In this document: one piece after another, positions 59,975 to 64,000 of the stretch
Layout: the number at the start of each line of letters is the position of its first letter
Numbering within the stretch: position 1 is the stretch's first letter
From: Narcine bancroftii
Lineage: Eukaryota
NCBI RefSeq assembly: GCF_036971445.1
Contig: NC_091475.1
Location: 16,058,001 to 16,122,000, forward strand
Length of the DNA stretch: 64,000 bases
Direction of reading: 5' to 3'
Translations under genes and position numbers: made by a program
Notes under the pieces: model-generated
Database searches by the model: none
The model's input: only the letters and a program-made list of their open reading frames with translations
What the model was told of the DNA's origin: nothing

Positions 59975-61295
59975 TAGTAGGTAAATTATTGGAAGGTGTC
60001 CTAAAAGATTAGATATACAATTTTTTGGATGGCCAGGGACTGATAAGGGATAATCAACATGGCTTTGTGCGTGGTAGGTTGTGTTTAATAAATCTTAGAG
60101 TTTTTCGAGGAGGTTACAAGAAAAGCTGATGAAGGAAAGGTTGTAGATGTTGTCTGCATGGACTTTAATAAGGGCTTTGACAAGGTCCAGCATGGGAAGT
60201 TAGTCAGGAAGGTTCCGACGCTAGGTATTTACGGTGAAGAAATGAACTAGATTCGACAATGGCTGGACGGGAGAAGCCGGAGAGTAGTGGTGGATGATTG
60301 CTTCTCAGATTGGAGGCCTGTGACTAGTGATGTGCCTCAGGGATTGGTACTGGGACCATTGTTGTTTGTCATCTTTTTCAATGATCTGGATGATATATAT
60401 GGTAAATTGGATCAGCAAGTTTACAGGTGACACTAAGATTGGAGGTGTTGTGGACAGTGCAGAGGGATTGAGCTGGTAAAATGGGCTGAAAAATGGCAGA
60501 TGGGATTTAATACAGATAAGTGTAAGATGTTTCATTTTTGAAGGACAAACCAAGAAAGGACATGGTGAATAGTAGGGCACTGAGGAGTGCGGTAGAACAG
60601 TGGGATCTAGGAATACAGATACATAATTCCTTGAAAGTGGCATCACAGGTGGATAGGGTTGTAAAGAAAGCTTTTGGCATCTTGGACTGAATAAATAAAA
60701 GTATTGAGTATAGGAGTTGGGATGTTATGGTAAAGTTGTATAAGACATTGGTGAGGCCAAATTTGGAGGATTGTGTACAGTTTTTATCGCCTAACTACAG
60801 GAAAGATGTCAATAAGATAGAAAGAGGCAGAGAAGATTTACTAGGATGTTGCCTGGACTTCTGGAACTTAGTTAACAGGGAAAGGTTAAACAGGTTAGGA
60901 CTTTATTCCCTGGATCAGAGAAGAATGAGGGGAGATTTGATAGAGGTATTTAAAATTATGAGGGGGATAGACAGTAAATGTAGATAGGGCTTTTCCACCG
61001 AGGGTAGGTGAGATACAAACCAGAGGACGTGGTTTAAGGGTGAAAGGGGAAATTTTGGGGGTACCATGAGGAGGAACTTCTTCACACAGAGAGTGGTGGG
61101 AATGTGGAATGAGCTTCCAGCTGAAGTGGTAAATGCAGGCTCAATTTTAACACTTAAGAAGAATTTGGACAGGTACGTGGATGGGAGGGCTATGGGCTGG
61201 GTGCAGTTCATTGGGACTAGGCCAAACAAAATGGTTCGGCACAAACTAGAGGGGCCGATGTGGTCTGTTTCTGTTCTGTAATTGTTCTATGGTTC
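59975..61295 (+). mobile_element. CR1-type LINE RT and 3' end
   Basis: NQHGFV.GR.CL.NL, DFNKGFDKV, VPQG.VLGPLLF, LYKTLVRPNLE, RRMRGDLIEVFKIM, NFFTQRVVGMWN and a TTCTATGGTTCTA tail. Confidence 0.85.
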
Positions 61296-62309
61296 TAAAA
61301 GATTCACAAGGATGTTACTGAAACATCCTGGCTTTATTATAAGAAGAGGCCAATAGCTTAGGACTCTCTCCCTGGAGTGTAGGAGACTGAGAGATGACCT
61401 TGTGCAGGTATATAAAATCATGGAATACAAAAATAAATAGTCATAGTCTTTTTCCCAAAGCGAGGAAGGTAAAACTGGAGATAACTGAGAGGGGAAAGAT
61501 TATGTTGAATGAACTACCAGAAGAAATGTTAAAAGCAGGTATAATTGTAATTTTTAAATAACATTGAGAGGGATGTGTGCCAAATGCAGGCAAATGGACT
61601 AGCTCAGCAAATTGGATGGGTTTGGATGAGTTGTACCAAAGGATCTCGATCCATGCTGTGAAAGGTCTCTAGTTTTCTATGTTATGGTTACATTTTTTGT
61701 TCTGGACTTTTGAATATGTTTTCTTTTGATTTTTCTTGCTGTAAGTTTCTAGATTATTTCTGGTTTCTGCAATATACTAGTAATTTCATTGTGGTTCTCT
61801 TCATTTCATGCCTTTTTCTAACTGCACAACATTATGTTTTGTTGCCTTTTATTTAATGTGAATTAAAACACGTGTTCTTGTGCCAACTGCCCTGTCAGAT
61901 CTGCACTGGTTCGATAAGGGAACTAGTATTGTTCCCCTGCCTTCAAAATACTTGCTTTTCAAATACTTGTCCAGCTTTTTGAGCGCGACAATTGAACCTG
62001 TTTATGCTGCTATTTTTGGCAGTACGTTCCTGACCTTGACCACTCACTGTGTAAACATTTTCCTTGTGCAATTTTATGGGGCTATTCAAAAGAGAGGACA
62101 AAGTGCTTGAGGGCATGAATTCCAGAGTTTTGGAGCTGAGAATCTGTGACAACCAGTCTGGTGCATGTTAAAGGGCATTGCAACATCTCCCCAGCCAGCT
62201 GAAGTGCATTTTTAACATTTGGTAAGAAATTAAAACAGCCCTTGTTCTGCCACTTAATAAGGTTATGACTGATCCACAATTATATTGCTGATTTGCTGTC
62301 TGTACCTCG

Positions 62310-62977
62310 TGTTACAAGATCAAACCAGCAACCACAAAGAAGGCCTATCACACAGGGATAAAGATGAACATTTACTTTTTTTTTTTTTTTTTTCACACCA
62401 TAAATCACAATAGCCATGATATACACTTTTTCTTTTAAGATGAACATTTACTTTATTAACAAAATTTCACGTTCAAACTTTAATTCAAAATCCTCCTTTT
62501 ATAACAATGCCCACTGGTTACTATGCAAATCTCTATAACAGCGTAAAACTAATAAATTCCCCAGCCTAAGTATAACATACGTAATTAAAGTGTAAGCTAC
62601 TCTTCCAACCAGCCCACAGAAAAACTTAGACACAAAACACACAAGACTCACAAAACTTCGACCTCAACTGAAGCACAGATCATAAACAAAATTCAGTTTG
62701 TTTGGTAAACTGAAGACAAAAGATCTTTGAGAGAGACCACGCGCGCGCACAGGTCATCCCAGTGACCTTGTATATAAAGCAGTCCAGAGCTGCAGTCTAG
62801 TCTTCCAGGTTTGTTTTGCAAGTCCAGAAATTTTTAGATCATATTCTGCACATGCCCAGTCCATCTCCCACTCTCTCAGCAGCCCACCTTCATCTTGGCT
62901 CTCTAAGGGAAATTGTCACTTTTCAACACAAAACCGCACAACACATAGGCCAATACACAACACAGAACTCTGTAACA
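62310..62977 (-). mobile_element. Second copy of the same LTR family (solo-LTR-like)
   Basis: TGTTACA...TGTAACA termini and long shared blocks with 134-853, e.g. aaacttcgacctcaactgaagcacagatcataaacaaaattcagtttgtttggtaaa. No PBS and no obvious TSD. Confidence 0.75.
62376..62436 (-). mobile_element. Tiny 5'-truncated poly(A) retro-insertion (L1-like 3' end) inside the LTR
   Basis: Poly(T) plus about 45 nt, flanked by direct repeat AAGATGAACATTTAC (62361-62375 and 62437-62451). Absent from the other LTR copy. Confidence 0.75.
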
Positions 62978-64000
62978 GTTAAGATTCCCTTAACTAGAGA
63001 AATGTATTATTCATACAACAAAACTTGTGTAATGTGGAGTTGTTTATTCTGTGTGGGTCATAAAAATCTGAAGTGAACACCAAAAAGCAAGAAATTTTAG
63101 ATGACATGTTTTATTTTAATATGTTAAACATCCTGAACTATCCCATTTTTTGAGAAGTCCAAGCTTAATAAAATTATAGCATATCTTATTATGGCACACA
63201 TGGGAAAATAATGTAGTGAATGCAATTAACAAATGTAATTTACAACAGGTCAATATCAATTTAATTTTGAGCAGTCCTGGAAATTTGAGGGATTCTAATA
63301 GTTAAAACAATGAAGAACTGAACATTATACTGGTGCAGGTTTATAGAAAAAAAAACTGTAAAGGCTAGAAATGCTCAACAGCTCAGACAGTATCTGTGAG
63401 GTAAATGAAAATGAACCCTTCAGATATAAAACTTTCATTGCAGCTTTATACCACTTCACGTTTTGGTGTCAGTTTCACCCTCTTATTTGCACATTGCACA
63501 CCTGTACTTTTGCCTAATGCACACTTATTCTTATGTCTTGTGGCATATTCAGATTTTCTCATACTACTTTCCTCATTTGATCTGCAAACAAGGTGCTTAA
63601 TAGCAGACAAGATTACATTTGAGTTGATAGAAGTAGAAAAATATGAAAAGAAAATGGGGGCAATCACATTATTTGGGATAGTTCATGTGAGCACCTCATG
63701 GTGCAGGGGAGAGAGAATGAATTAGGATTGTATTCCTTGATGTGTAATTGATTTGAATGAAATTTTCAAGATATTAGGAAGAACTGGGCAGTGAGATAAA
63801 GAGAAATTTCTTTGAGCAGTTGGGGAGTCTTGGTCTAGGACAAAGATTAGATTTGGTTTGAAAAATTACTGCTTTTCTCAGAATCTGAACATCACTGACA
63901 AGGCCAACAACCTTCACTGAGGATATGTTGTATATATAAAAAAAAATCAGGAATGAAGTTAGCTAACATGTACATAATGATCATTGACTGATTAAACCAG

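Noticed and set aside
48760-64000. MRPS6 exons 2 and 3
   Set aside because: I looked for the expected peptide (…LKRT…GAIVR.LENLG…LPY) and did not find it by eye. It is probably beyond the window, though I may have missed it.

Overview
Repeat-rich vertebrate genomic DNA, most likely from a cartilaginous fish (inferred from the CR1, Rex-Babar, L1, RTE, Penelope and tRNA-SINE content and from protein divergence). Three host genes are supported. (1) A complete 7-exon ATP5PO (OSCP) gene on the minus strand, CDS 21812->8695, 636 nt, 211 aa; the ORF track misses it and I assembled it by hand with GT-AG junctions and consistent phases. (2) MRPS6 coding exon 1 (MPRYELAVILKAMQR|gt) in a CpG island on the plus strand; I did not find its later exons in the window. 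(3) The single-exon SLC5A3/SMIT1 myo-inositol transporter CDS (40562-42694), nested in MRPS6 intron 1. Splicing the shared first exon to the SLC5A3 acceptor would turn the MRPS6 start codon into a 22-codon uORF. The rest is mostly TE relics: a Tigger/pogo fossil, two copies of one LTR (one followed by a tRNA-Pro-like PBS), a 5'-inverted L1, a young RTE with TSD, and several MITEs. The most unusual non-gene signal is four near-perfect, short, locally templated duplications (40-80 bp, donor within about 3.3 kb, three inverted) that old TE families do not explain. No CRISPR or prokaryotic system is present, and I cannot claim a new biological system; the findings are candidates to test.
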